Shown: in pieces, positions 23,340 to 35,889 of the stretch
Numbering within the stretch: position 1 is the first letter of the stretch
Layout: each line of letters begins with the position of its first letter
Source: Octopus bimaculoides
Lineage: Eukaryota
DNA: 63,480 nucleotides
Assembly: GCF_001194135.2 (NCBI RefSeq)
Contig: NC_068984.1
Span: 59,490,497-59,553,976, forward strand
Direction of reading: 5' to 3'
Notes under the pieces: model-generated
Database searches by the model: none
The model's input: the letters and a program-made list of their open reading frames with translations, nothing else
What the model was told of the DNA's origin: nothing
Translations under genes and position numbers: made by a program

Positions 23340-23960
23340 ACATAGTTGAAGTCAACCAGTAGTATAGATGCCCTTCATTTGCTTGAGCTGATAGTTGAGT
23401 GCACTTCTGATACACTTCTACAATATTTCTATCAACATCTCAGAAGAGCTGTAGAAAGATGTATTGAACCATAACTGTTCACCACCTCTAATTTCACAAT
23501 AATCTGAGAATCACTGCAGGTGTGTTGGCTTCAGCACACACCTGCATATCATTATCAACAATATCGTAAGATGCTCGTGGAAAAGGTATTGATTGCAGAT
23601 TGATTTCCTGACCAGTGAAACCTGTCTCTTCCACAGAAAGTGAAAGAACATACACTCCAATCTGATCCGGTATTACTTGGGACAAGGTACAATACACTAT
23701 CCATCACTGTACTGGTATGGACATGTTCTCCATCTCCTGCTAAATCATCCTACAAGGTCTTTACTCTCATTTAACACAGCAGGTGTAGGCTGGCAAAGGA
23801 CTTGTGGCAGGCCCCACACCAGATGAGTGTATGTGATTAAGGAAGATTTGAAATATGCAGAGAAGCTGGGACTGGACTATCACCAATGGAGAGCACTAGT
23901 GGATCTGGTCAGCTCAACACATGATGACGTCTCTGAAGCCACTAACCAGGGATGACCCCA
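23340..23960 (+). pseudogene. Decayed LINE C-terminal region (RTE/L2-like)
   Basis: WYGHVLH..HPTRSLL..WQRTCGRPHTR*VYVIKEDLK resembles the RLRWFGHV.RM..GRPRTRW.D..KEDL motif. Confidence 0.65.
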
Positions 23961-24943
23961 GTCCTATCAAACAAGAGCATGAAGCAGCAGAAGCACTGAT
24001 GACAAGCATTAACTTCTTATAGAAAACCTTTATTAAAATCTTCAATTTTGAGTGTAGCAATTATGTCTATTATGTCCCCTTTTTCATCCATAAAGCTATG
24101 GCCAGGCTTACATTTATTATATGAAACATTTGGTTTCAATACTCCTGAACAATAAAGCAATTCAACAAAAAACAGAAAATTCAGATTTCAGACATGGCAC
24201 AACATTTTCCTAATGTTTGGCAGATTATTAATGCTTAATACTAAATGATTGATTTCTTTTCACATCTAATACCAGTGAAGTTGAGCAAATAGCTTTATTT
24301 GTTTGCTTACTTTTAATCAGCTAAGATACTCTAATAGTTTCCGATAAATGTGATTGCCTTGATGGTGCTCTCGTCAAATAGACTGACTGAGATACCATTC
24401 CAATAGATGTTCTTATTGACTCTGGATTATCAAGCAGCTATAAACAAACATGCATGCATATCAACAATTTGACATACATATATATCATGTATGTATAAAT
24501 ATATATTTATATACATACATACTTGTGTGTGTAAGTGTGTGTGTGTAAGTGTGTGTGTGTAAGTGTGTGTGTGTAAGTGTGTGTGGGTGTGTTATATATT
24601 TATTATAATAAAGATAAAAATACATGATGCACACATACACATACACATATTATATAAATATATATATNNNNNNNNNNNNNNNNNNNNNNNNNNNNNNNNN
24701 NNNNNNNNNNNNNNNNNNNNNNNNNNNNNNNNNNNNNNNNNNNNNNNNNNNNNNNNNNNNNNNNNNNNNNNNNNNCTCCATTTCAAATTAATTGTTATTA
24801 ACAGTTTGGTTTTAGTGACTGAAAGATCGCAATTTCCACTTTCAAAGCTTTCAGTGTAGTTAGCACCATACATGTACTCTCAAATTACAGTCATTTATTT
24901 AGGATATCACACCTCTCAGTTTTCATATACAAAAATCTAATAA

Positions 24944-24988
<45 letters not shown>

Positions 24989-25457
24989 CTTTATTCATTC
25001 TAAGATTCTAAGCAGCAACAAAAACTAATTTATGGAGAACAAAAGAATTTCAACCACAGTCTGAATAATCTATATATAATAACAGCTGATATAATAAATG
25101 TTGGTTGGCTGATAGGTTGGTTAGTTGGTTTACTACTTCGGTCATGTTTTTTTACATCATATAGAATGATTATGAGGAAGAGTAAAAGATATATAGAGGG
25201 TAGGAGGAAGAAAAGATAGAGTAAGTGGTAGCAGCTTTGGAAGGAGTTATGCAAATGAGAAATTTGCTTCATTTAAATTTATTTTAAGGGAATAAATATT
25301 TTCCTTTTGAAAATTAGTATTCATTTCATCATTTTGTATAAACACCACGATATTTGATAAAAGTTGAATTATAATTATTATATGTATGCCATATTCCCGA
25401 GTGAGTAGACAAATGAAAGAAGAGTACTCAACACATTTATTGGGAATTACATGTATG

Positions 25458-25588
25458 GATCAAAACAGTTTGATTTAAATTACTTGGTACTTCAAGTTTC
25501 AAAGCGTGATGTTAATCCTCAGCTGGCTGAGGATTAGCATCATACTTTGAAACTTGAAGTACCAAGGAATTTGAATCAAACTGTTTTG

Positions 25589-25591
<3 letters not shown>
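25458..25591. repeat. 134-bp near-perfect palindrome (centre cctcagc-tg-gctgagg) abutting (ATCT)n
   Basis: Arms gatcaaaacagtttgatt...cctcagc and gctgagg...aatcaaactgttttgatc with about 5 mismatches. Confidence 0.9.
25524..25564 (+). ncRNA. Degenerate type I hammerhead motif (core CUGAGGA) inside a 134-bp palindrome
   Basis: UGG-CUGAGGA-uuagcaucauacuuu-GAAAC-UUGAA-GUA^CCA. Stem I is only 3 bp, stem II is poorly paired, and stem III ACUUgAAGU is near-palindromic. Confidence 0.4.
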
Positions 25592-25630
<39 letters not shown>

Positions 25631-25927
25631 NNNNNNNNNNNNNNNNNNNNNNNNNNNNNNNNNNNNNNNNNNNNNNNNNNNNNNNNNNNNNNNNNNNNNN
25701 NNNNNNNNNNNNNNNNNNNNNNNNNNNNNNNNNNNNNNNNNNNNNNNNNNNNNNNNNNNNNNNNNNNNNNNNNNNNNNNNNNNNNNNNNNNNNNNNNNNN
25801 NNNNNNNNNNNNNNNNNNNNNNNNNNNNNNNNNNNNNNNNNNNNNNNNNNNNNNNNNNNNNNNNNNNNNNNNNNNATGATGATGATGATGATGATGATAT
25901 ATATAAATATATGCATACATACATACA

Positions 25928-26670
25928 CAGGGTGCAGTGAATAAAATGTCGTCTAAATTATGCAAAAATGAAAATAACACCGACATCTCATTTTAACAGA
26001 TATATTTACCAAAATTGCATAAAAAATCTTGAAATACTAAAGAGTAAATTTATTCAGTAAAATTGCCATTGGCTTCAACCATGGCTTCCAGATGACTTCA
26101 GAATCTCCTCCAACTCTTCTGGATGGTCTCCTTGTTTAAGTTGATCAATATTGCCATAATCCTTGCCTTCAGTTCATTTTTGGTGTTACAAGGAGTTTTG
26201 TTGGTCTCTTGCTCAACTGTGCCCCACACATAATAATCACGAGAATTGCAGTCTGGGGAGTTAGGTGGCCAGATGTTAGGGGTGATGTGGTCACAGAAAT
26301 TGTCAGACAGCCATGACTGGGTTCTTCTGCTTGTGTGGGAAGATGAATGGAGGCATAATGTCACCATCAGTAGTGATCACTCCAAACAATATGATGCTGA
26401 CTGGATGTTTCATTTTCATCATTTTCATCTTCAGATTGACACCCAAATGCTCTGAAATGTTTGTATTGCAACTTCTGGTGCAAATGACAAGCAATACAGC
26501 ATGTCATTTCCAAATTTCTGGCAGAGCAAATTGCGTCATGGTGCTGTTTTTCTCCCAGAGGGTGCCTAACTGACCCTACTATACTGTGTAGTCGACAAAA
26601 TCAAAAACAAGCAATGTGCATGCATGAAATGAAAAATATGAAATGGTGACAATTTACTCATCACACCCTG
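25928..26670 (-). mobile_element. Internally deleted IS630-Tc1-mariner element, DD37D (maT)-like
   Basis: Imperfect TIRs cagggtg...tgaataaaatgtc / gacaatttactcatcacaccctg followed by TA. Peptide SWLSDNFCDHITPNIWPPNSPDCNSRDYYVWG. Confidence 0.8.
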
Positions 26671-29600
26671 TACATATATATATATATATATATATATCAT
26701 TTTCCTTTGCGTTACTCCATGTCAGCCTGTCTTGCGGCCGCACAGCTTTTTGTTGTATATGTATGTTTTATTTTGTCATGTTTGTTTTCATCATTGGCCA
26801 GTACATTTGTTAGCTATTCTCAGTGGCTTTTCGCCACTGGTACCACCAAAAGTGAATAATATCATTAAAGGCATGAAATTATAATCATCTTTTGGACATT
26901 GATTGATGAGGAATAAGCTACAAATTTTCTGTTTGTTATACTTTTGTAATATTTCCGCTTGTGGTGTTTTTGTTAAATTTTTGAAATACATGCATACATA
27001 TTACAAGAAGCAATGAAAATTTTAGAAACGATAAAAAAATGGAAATGAGTTGAAATTGAAATGGTGAGTGTGTTAATTAATAAGGCATTAAAACAGAATG
27101 ACTCTCCCCAGACATAACAAAATATACTTAACACACAAATTCACATAAAGAATCCTGCAAACCAAATACAAAAACAAAGTATGTGTGTGTGTGTGTGTGT
27201 GTGTAGATGCAGACATGGCTTTGTGGTAAGAATCTTGCTTCCCAACCAAATGGTTCCTGGTTCAGTCCTACTGCATGGCAACTTGGGTGAGTGTCTTCCT
27301 CTATAACCTCAGCTGACCAAAGCCATATAAATGGATTTAGTAGACGGAAACTGAAGGAAGCCCGTCATATAAATATATACACGTGCGCACGTGCACGTGT
27401 GTGTGTGCATGCGTGTGTGTGTGTGTGTGTGTGTGTGATCGTGTGTATGTTTGTGTCTTGTTGTCTTGACATTGCATGATAGTTGTAAAATGATTGTGTT
27501 TGTCATACAAGCAGTATCATTCATTTCTAGTATTTTGCTAGAACACGTCTTGGAAACAGACAAGGGTTGGCAGCAGGAAGGGCATTGGCTATTGAAAATC
27601 TAACTCAATAAACTCCATCTGATTCATGCAAGCATGGAAAATTAGACATTAAACAATGATGGTGAAAAATATAATATTGATTACATTTAAGTCCTATCAA
27701 CTGAGTAGAATGTATGCTTTGCTAAAAAAAAAGTCTAATATGACTGAATAATGTCTGTTGTTTTTACTAGTTGGCTTCCAAGATCCATTTTCTTCTGCAT
27801 TGCTCTGATTTCCCAAAATTTTCGGTTAAGAGATCATATTGGCATTATCTCCTTTGCATGGCTATGTGGTTAAGAAGCTTGATTCTAAACCATAAGGTTC
27901 AGTTCCACTGTGTGACACCTTGGGCAAGTGCCTTCTATTATGTGTGAGAGTGTCTTTGAGTTTGTGTTTGTCCCCTCACAACTGCTTGATCTGTGTTGGT
28001 TTGTTTATGTCCCTGTAACTTAGTGTGGTTGGCTAAAGAGACCAGCTGAATAAGTACCTGGCATATAAAATACGTACTGGGGTCAATCCTCTCATGAGGA
28101 TTCTAAGACCTCCTAATGGGGGTCTTATCTCCCAAATTTTAGTCATTTTTTTATGATCCAAAACTAGGTCAAAAGTACTGAATGGATCTTTATGAAATCT
28201 GGTAATTATATTCTATACATAAGGGCCATAACCCCCATGAAAATTCGTATATTTTGGCTGTTGATGAAACTTTAACCATAGTTATTAGACACAAATGAAG
28301 TAATATTTCTAAAACTTTATCTTCTTAGAAGTTAGAAAGACCCCGTCATGGGGACTTAACACCCACAATTTAGTCATTTTATCTAAGCAAAGACAAATAC
28401 AGTTGTACTTGTGGAAGCTGTAGGGTCACCCAAGCATAAAAGATGAGCATTATTTGTAATTCAATGGTACAACAGTATAAGAGTTTGCTTTGAGATATAC
28501 TTAGATTGTGATTTCTGCAATGTGGTGCATAAATTGTCAAGTAAATGAGAGGCATCTTTGCCTCCACTGATTCAGTTGCAAAGTGCTGAGTAAAGTTATT
28601 TGGTTGTAGACCTTCTTTGAGTTTTTTAATTATCACTGGGTCATACATAGTCCCCAGATAACATTGATTTCAAGGCCTTCCTAGATGAGTGACTGGTCAT
28701 TCAAAGACATTCATAGATTGTAAATTTATTCTGTCCAGTTACCTATCGGTATAGTGGTCATTTGCAAAATCCAGAGGTGACACTTTCATTTCTCCTTAGC
28801 CCTCACATCACACAGTTGTTAATGTTTATTTGAGTTGAGTCATGCCCTTCCAATTGTTATTGATCCATAATACATCTTACAGCTGTGCTTGTCACCTGTA
28901 TAGTGAGGAATCCTACATTGGGAGTGGTAATGACTAGGATAGGGTAGCTGACTGCTTAATGAGGTCATTTATCTTTTGGTTTCCTGTAGCTTTGCTCTCT
29001 TTTACAAACCCAGTGAACATACATATATTTCCTATTTTAAAGAAATTCAAACAATAGATATAAGACCCAAGTTAAAAAGATTCTCAACAATTCAACTTCT
29101 CTGGTTGACATTAAGACACCCATCCCCAATAGGGGCCTTAACTCCCACATTTTAGAGCGCCATGACCTCCATTTTTCAGGAGCAAAATCCCTTTAACAGG
29201 TTCCAAAAGACTGGAAGTTTGGAATCTGTGCATAAAGATCAGTAGTATGGGATACATGTGTCATCATTAGAATTTTTTTAAAGTTGTGTAAAGAGTGAAA
29301 GAACCCTCATCTGCAATTTTGATGAAATTCGAATCATAGGTATTCCAGTTCCTTCTTTGACTTTTGACGTCACTCTCATCACACCCTCACTTTTCTCTAC
29401 TTCTATTGTTAATGTAACCGTGTGTGTAGGCAAAAACAAAACTATCCAATCCTGATCAACTTTTTTTCTTTCTTCTCTGGTATTGGACACAAATTTACAT
29501 CTTGACCAGTCCCTTTCTTCATTACTCATCTTTCACTCACACTGTCATGATTATACGAAATAAAGGTTGCACAGCGATATCAAAAATGAAGTTAGGTATA

Positions 29601-30781
29601 TCAGTTTTCCTGTATTTTCCACACACCATCAAAAAGATAGATTACTTCTACTTCAATCCTGTAATGTTGTGCTAAAAGAAGTAGGTACAGGTTTGAAAAA
29701 GGAACAGTTGTTTATACACAAAAGATAACAAGTTTCATGTTACAACATGGGGGAAAAAAAGCCAGTGAAATAAGTGTTGTTAGTAGGAAATGTATTCTAC
29801 ACATGTTCATGTTTGTAAAGTCAACTGAATGTGACATATGGTGTAAAAAGATAATTACTGCTGAGTAAAGGAGAAATAAATAACCTATAGGCTTATTAAG
29901 TAGTGAAATAGACAATATGACAAACTAATTTCTCAATTAGCTTTACATGTTATTATTTAAGACAGTCAAAGTGAGAAAATAGGCAAAGACTGTAAGGAAA
30001 AGGCCAAACTCCAATCTATTTGATGCTGTGATTATAGATCCAAGATCTGTAATTACAAAATCATGCAGATGGAAGCTTAACTTCTTTTATACGGTCTCTA
30101 GTGCATCCTGTAATGGTATTTACAGTAACCCTACTAAAAAATAAATAAAGCTTTAATAGTGGTAGTAATAATAGTTGCACTACTTCCATTCCATGAATAA
30201 TAATTATAATAGTAATGATAATGATAACGCTAATAATTGTAATAGTAATAATAATTGTACTGACAGTAATAATTTTGAAGATAATAATAATTATGATAAC
30301 AATTATGATAATAATAATGATTTCAAATTTTGGCAGAAGGTCACCAATTTCAGGGAAGGGAGTAAGTTGATTAATTCAACCTCAGTGATCAACTGGTACT
30401 TATTTTATTGACCTATAAAGGATGAAAAGTAAAGTCAACGTTAGCAGAATTTGAACTCAAGACATAAAGATGGATAAGATGCTTAGCAGCATTTTTCCCA
30501 GCAGGCTGACAATTCTGCCAGCTCACCGCCTTAATAATAATAATGTTATTAATGATAACAGTCATTATTTTTATTCTGGTACAATCCCAGTAATTTCAGG
30601 GAAGGGGACAGTTGATTACATCAACCCAAGTGCTCAACTGGTACTTATTTTGTTGACCCTAAAAGGGTGAAAAGCCTCTGTGGGATTCCTCTGTGGAATT
30701 TGAACACAAAAGATTTGAAATAAATGCCACTAAGCATTTTGTCCAGCACAGTAACAATGACAACAACAACAACAATAATGT

Positions 30782-30953
30782 GAAAAAGAAGGAGGAGGAG
30801 GAGAAGAAGAAGAAGAAGAAGAAGAAGAAGAAGAAGAAGAAGAAGAAGAAGAAAAAGAAGAAGGAGGAGGAGGAGGAGGAGGAGGGGAGAGGAGGAGGAG
30901 GAGGAGAAGAAGAAGGAGTAGGAGGAGTAGGAGGAGGAGAAGAAGAAGAAGAT
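30782..30953. repeat. Homopurine (GAG)n(AAG)n(GAG)n trinucleotide tract
   Basis: Read directly from the sequence. Confidence 0.9.
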
Positions 30954-31468
30954 TAATCCATATAAAAATAGTATTTATAGTACATGTAATGATAATGACA
31001 AGAATAACAACAACAATAATAACAATAGTAATTTTTTTGCTGGCCACAAGGGATGCAAAACATTTAGGACTATACAAAAGCAAGGACAACGGGGATTTAC
31101 ATACATGCATATTGACAATAAAGGCAATAATTATGACCCAGAATTATGTTCACAATCAAAAAATTACAGAATTCAGATGTTTATCCTAATGAAACAGCTG
31201 AGTATAATTAGAGTTTGAATTATATCCGTAAACTTATGCTTTTCTACTTTTATTCTAAATATGTTGCTTTATAAGACTGTTTTAGCCATTTATTTATGTA
31301 CAAGCAAGTCTGTTTCACCTAGATTTACTGTAATGTAATATATATTGGAGTTTAATGACCTATTATCAATTGAGCTCTTAATGAACATGGATATATATGT
31401 ACGTTTATCTATTCATCTATCTATCCATCTGTTTGTCTGTCTGTCAACCTACCTACCTACCTACCTAC

Positions 31469-31512
<44 letters not shown>

Positions 31513-31528
31513 ACATACATATATATAA

Positions 31529-31569
<41 letters not shown>

Positions 31570-34189
31570 GGGGGAGAATTCACAAAAAAAAAAAACAAAA
31601 GACGAAGACAGGTAGTGTAGACAACAAACAGATGTATTAGTATAACACTCGGGAAGTGAAAAAGTCTTTAATGTTTCGAGCCTACACTCTTCCACAGAAA
31701 GGAGCACAGAAAGAAACAAGGAGAGAAAAAAAAAAGAATGTGTAGTGGCTAGCGATCTATCATGACGATATATATATACATATATATGGAGAGAGATAAA
31801 TATGGCTGGTTCATGGGGCTTCCCAGGGTTTCATGTCCATGGAGTACTTAACTTTACTGCATTTCTTCAAACTCTGAACCTGTTGGCCTATGGTTGGAAA
31901 GCAGACTTCTTAACCACACCATGAATATAGATGCACGTATGTATGTACATACATACACGCACACATACATGCATACTTACATACACACATGCATACATAC
32001 ATACTAAAATCAGTGGAAGAAAACACCTTACTTGCAAACAAGAAGGGCATCCAGCCATAAAGTGCTTTCATAACAAGTATCTTCCAGAATGATGCTGATT
32101 ATGATGTTGATGATGAATGTAAGTGTGTGTAAGTTTGTATGAGCACATGTGAGTGTGTGGAGACATATGTATTTGTGTTTATTTTTATACTGAATGTAAA
32201 TTAAACCAGTAACAAAGTACAGTCATATAAAAATAATTGCCATTATTTTAACCAAAATTTTCTGTGCTAAGGTTTTCAAAGATTTTGCTTTCCAAATCAT
32301 CTTTGAAGTTTTCATCAATAAATGTTAAAAATAAGTTTCAATTTTCTTATTTAAAAAAAATAATTCTCTACATTTCTATAAACAAATAAAAAGCTAAGGA
32401 TTTAAATTATTTAAGAAGTCTAATATTAAAATCAATAGCATGACAATAAACTACTCTACTGTGTATTCTGATAATATCTAATGTTTTAGCTCAGCTTTTT
32501 ATAGATATTTCCCTCATCAGAATTTGCCATAAATAGAAATATACTATGTGCATGCCTGTATGTTATATGCATGTATGTATGTATGTATGTATGTATGTAT
32601 GTATGTATGTATGTTGTATGTATGTATGTATGTATGTATGTATGTATGTATGTATGTATGTACATGCCTACATATGTATGTGTATATGTATATATAGTGC
32701 ATCTGTCTGACTGTGCTTTATATTGAACTGAACACGGAAATTGTTGACATTTCAAAAGGTTGAAGCTTTTGTTATAATAGAAAACCAATCTCAAGTTGAT
32801 TGCAGAACTGATCTAGTGGAGGTTAGAATATTGATAGTCTTTTAATCCTAATAACTGCTGTGTGCAGTAAAAGATGCAGTATCAGTGATGTGTTCTTTAT
32901 TGTTCTATAATTTCTAATAATCTCTGGTATCTACAAAATGTTCAATTCTAATTTTATATATCATAATCTAGACATATTTCTGATAATAGTTCTTGTTTAT
33001 TCTTTGAATTACAAAGGTCTTTCTTCTACAAAATTCATTTGAGATAACTTACATATTTTAGTCAATACTCTACTGAAAGCTTAATTACAAAAAAAAAAAA
33101 AAAATCTATCAATTTTATCTATAAATTAAAGAATGTTATTTTTATTGTGAGGTCTGTAACATACATAGTACAAATTGAATTTGTAACTCAGATTTGATTC
33201 CCAGTTGTAGCTATATCATTCTTCTGGTGACCTTGAGAAAGTAATGAATATCATACATTCTCATTGCCTCCTCTCAACATCATCATCATCACCACCACCA
33301 TCATCTTTTAATGTCCATCTTTCATGGTGGCATGAGTTGGGTGGTTTGATAGGACAAGACAAGTTCAAATACTGCATCATGAACCAATGTCTGCTTTGGT
33401 ATGGTTTCTATGGCTGGATGTTCTTCCTAGTGCCACCCACTTTACAGAATATATTGGTTGTTTTTTGTGTGAAACCAGCACTAGTGAGGCCACCATGCAG
33501 CTTATAAGACTAAGATTGCTTCTGATTGAGTGAAACTACAGTACAGAGAGAGGCAGCATTATGAGAGGTTATAACAGATGAAAGCTTAGAATATGAAAGA
33601 AGGTGGCACAAAAATTTTTTTTTTGTAGCTGAGCTATGGTTGCATATGATCATAAGAAGCCAGAAAATTGTTACCAAATGCACTTCATCGGAATCTGTAC
33701 AATAACTATTTTGTGTTTCCTCATAGCCAACAGAATTAAGTCATGTGCTTCCTGATTTACGAATAGACACCTTTCAGAGTGTTTGGCTAGGTAATATGTA
33801 CCATGCCTTTGCTAATTGTTTTAGATGCCTATAGGACTAAAATATATGGCACATTGCTGTGCATGAGAAGACGCACCACACCACTATGAAATGGAAAACC
33901 TAAAACCAAGGCACTACATAAAAAGTATTGGTGTAGGTGCTGGTGCTATGTAAAAAGCACTGGTGATGATGCCATGTAAAAAGCAGTACACTCTGTGGAG
34001 TTGTTAGTGTTAGGAAGGGCATTCAGCCATAGAAACCAAGCTAAAACAGACTATGGACCCTGGTATTGCTCCTGGCTTTACCAGTTCCTATCAAGCCATC
34101 CAACTCATGCTAGTATGGTAAATGGACATTAAATGTTGATGATGATGACGATGATATAGTTACAAGCAAGCAAAGATACTCACTTAGTT

Positions 34190-34390
34190 CCTTCACCCAG
34201 TGAAGGATATAAAAAGCCGGAGCGAAAAAGAACTGAACTAGCCCTGGACTGGTATATATGTTTGTTGAATAGACTGAGCAATATGAAATAAAAAGCTTTA
34301 TTCTAAAACTCAATGTGCTACCTGGTCCAGAAATTGAACCTATGACTTCATGCTTACAAGTCAAGCATCCTTAACCACTACACTACACCA
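34190..34390 (-). mobile_element. tRNA-derived SINE head with box A/B-like motifs
   Basis: Minus strand reads ggtgtagtgtagtggttaagg...ggttcaatttctgg; no full tRNA cloverleaf. Confidence 0.55.
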
Positions 34391-35114
34391 CATGCTTTCA
34401 CATGTAGACACCTTATAAACATTGTTACTTATAGAATATAGGGATCACTTTTGATAAAAGACAATTAACATTTATTATACATTTTACAGTTAGCAGAATT
34501 GTTAGCACATCAAACAAAATGCATAGCAGCATTTCATCTGTCTTTACATTCTGAGGTAAAATTCCACAGACGTCGACTTTGCCTTGCATCTTTTTGAAGC
34601 TTATGAAATAAGTATCGGTCAAGTACTGGGATTGCTACAATCGGCTGGAGCCCTCCCCACAAATTTCAGGCTATTAACATATTTAATGCTTTTGTGAAAA
34701 TTGTTTTGAGTTGAAAACCATATTAACATCAAGAGAGTAGATTAGTAGAATCATTAAAACATCTAACAAAATGTCTGTAGTATTTATGCCATCACCGCTG
34801 ACACCATTGTTGCTGCCATCATAACCATCATCACCATTACATACATGCATGCATAACACATACTTATATACATGCATATATATATATATACATATATGCA
34901 TGCATGAATATGAACATACATACATACATACACGCATGCATGCATACATAAATGCATACATACATATATGCATGCATGAATACAAGCACACATACACATA
35001 TACATACATGCATGCATACATACATACCTAGAAGCATATACCTTCACTAGTCAAGAACAGGAGATAGCTACTGGATACAAAATAAACAATAGTGACAAAG
35101 ATACCACCAAACCT

Positions 35115-35710
35115 TCCTGTTGCGATAAAAAATATTGGCTCTGCTATTCTAGTGTGGAAGGTATCACTCAAATCATCGACAGCTGCCCCAAAATGTCTGT
35201 GAGATGCTACCTACCCCTGAGGCATGATGTAGTTCCAAAGACTGTTTACAACACTATCCGCAGGAAGGCCTGCCCTAACATACAGCAAAGGCATGTCAAA
35301 ACCAGCAAGTACTCACACCTTTAAAAATAAGGAATACTGATGGAACACCCTAATAAAAACATCAATTTAGTACAAACATAACAGACCTGATATTGTTCTG
35401 TGGGACAGGGAACAAAAGTCATGCACTGTTATAGAGATTAGCAGCCCAGCAGATGTGAGTGTACAATCAAAAGTCTAAGAAAAAAGAGCACATTTATGGT
35501 GAATTAATGCGGAACTTACAGTACTTGTACTGACTATGAATTCTTATTTGTACCTATCATCATAGGTGCATTAAGTTATGTACCAACAAATTTGTATAAA
35601 AACCTAGAAATACTTGGTTTCAAGGATAAAGAGCAAAAGAAACTGATGCAGATTCTCCAAATCCAATCTATTAGTGGCACAGTGAAGATTTTGTAAGATG
35701 TTCCCAAAAC
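35115..35710 (+). pseudogene. 3' fragment of an RLE-type non-LTR retrotransposon (R4/NeSL/Hero-like: zinc knuckle plus restriction-like endonuclease)
   Basis: WLCYSSVEGITQIIDSCPKMSVRCYLPLRHDVV (decayed CCHC plus RHD) followed by HNRPDIVLWDREQKSCTVIEISSPAD (PD..E endonuclease motif). In-frame stops and frameshifts present. Confidence 0.8.
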
Positions 35711-35889
35711 TCTCTATCTGAGATTCTTATGTAAATAGATGCATACACTTGGGTGTATGCATCGACAACTCAACCATATATTTACAAACACCGTGATTTT
35801 GTTGACTCAAAGAACTATTTCAAAACGAACTTAAATGAAGTTCAAAAGAAAAAAATACATACTCAAATACAAATATATATCAGAGAAAA

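Noticed and set aside
29278-29529. 83-aa minus-strand ORF and 89-aa ORF at 28379-28648
   Set aside because: No recognisable homology or splice context; the length is within chance expectation.
30175-31189. Asn-rich, Lys/Glu-rich and poly-Leu/Ser ORFs
   Set aside because: Translations of (AAT)n and (AAG/GAG)n simple repeats.
34330-34390. tRNA gene candidate (box A/B-like motifs)
   Set aside because: No acceptor stem or cloverleaf; continues into SINE body.
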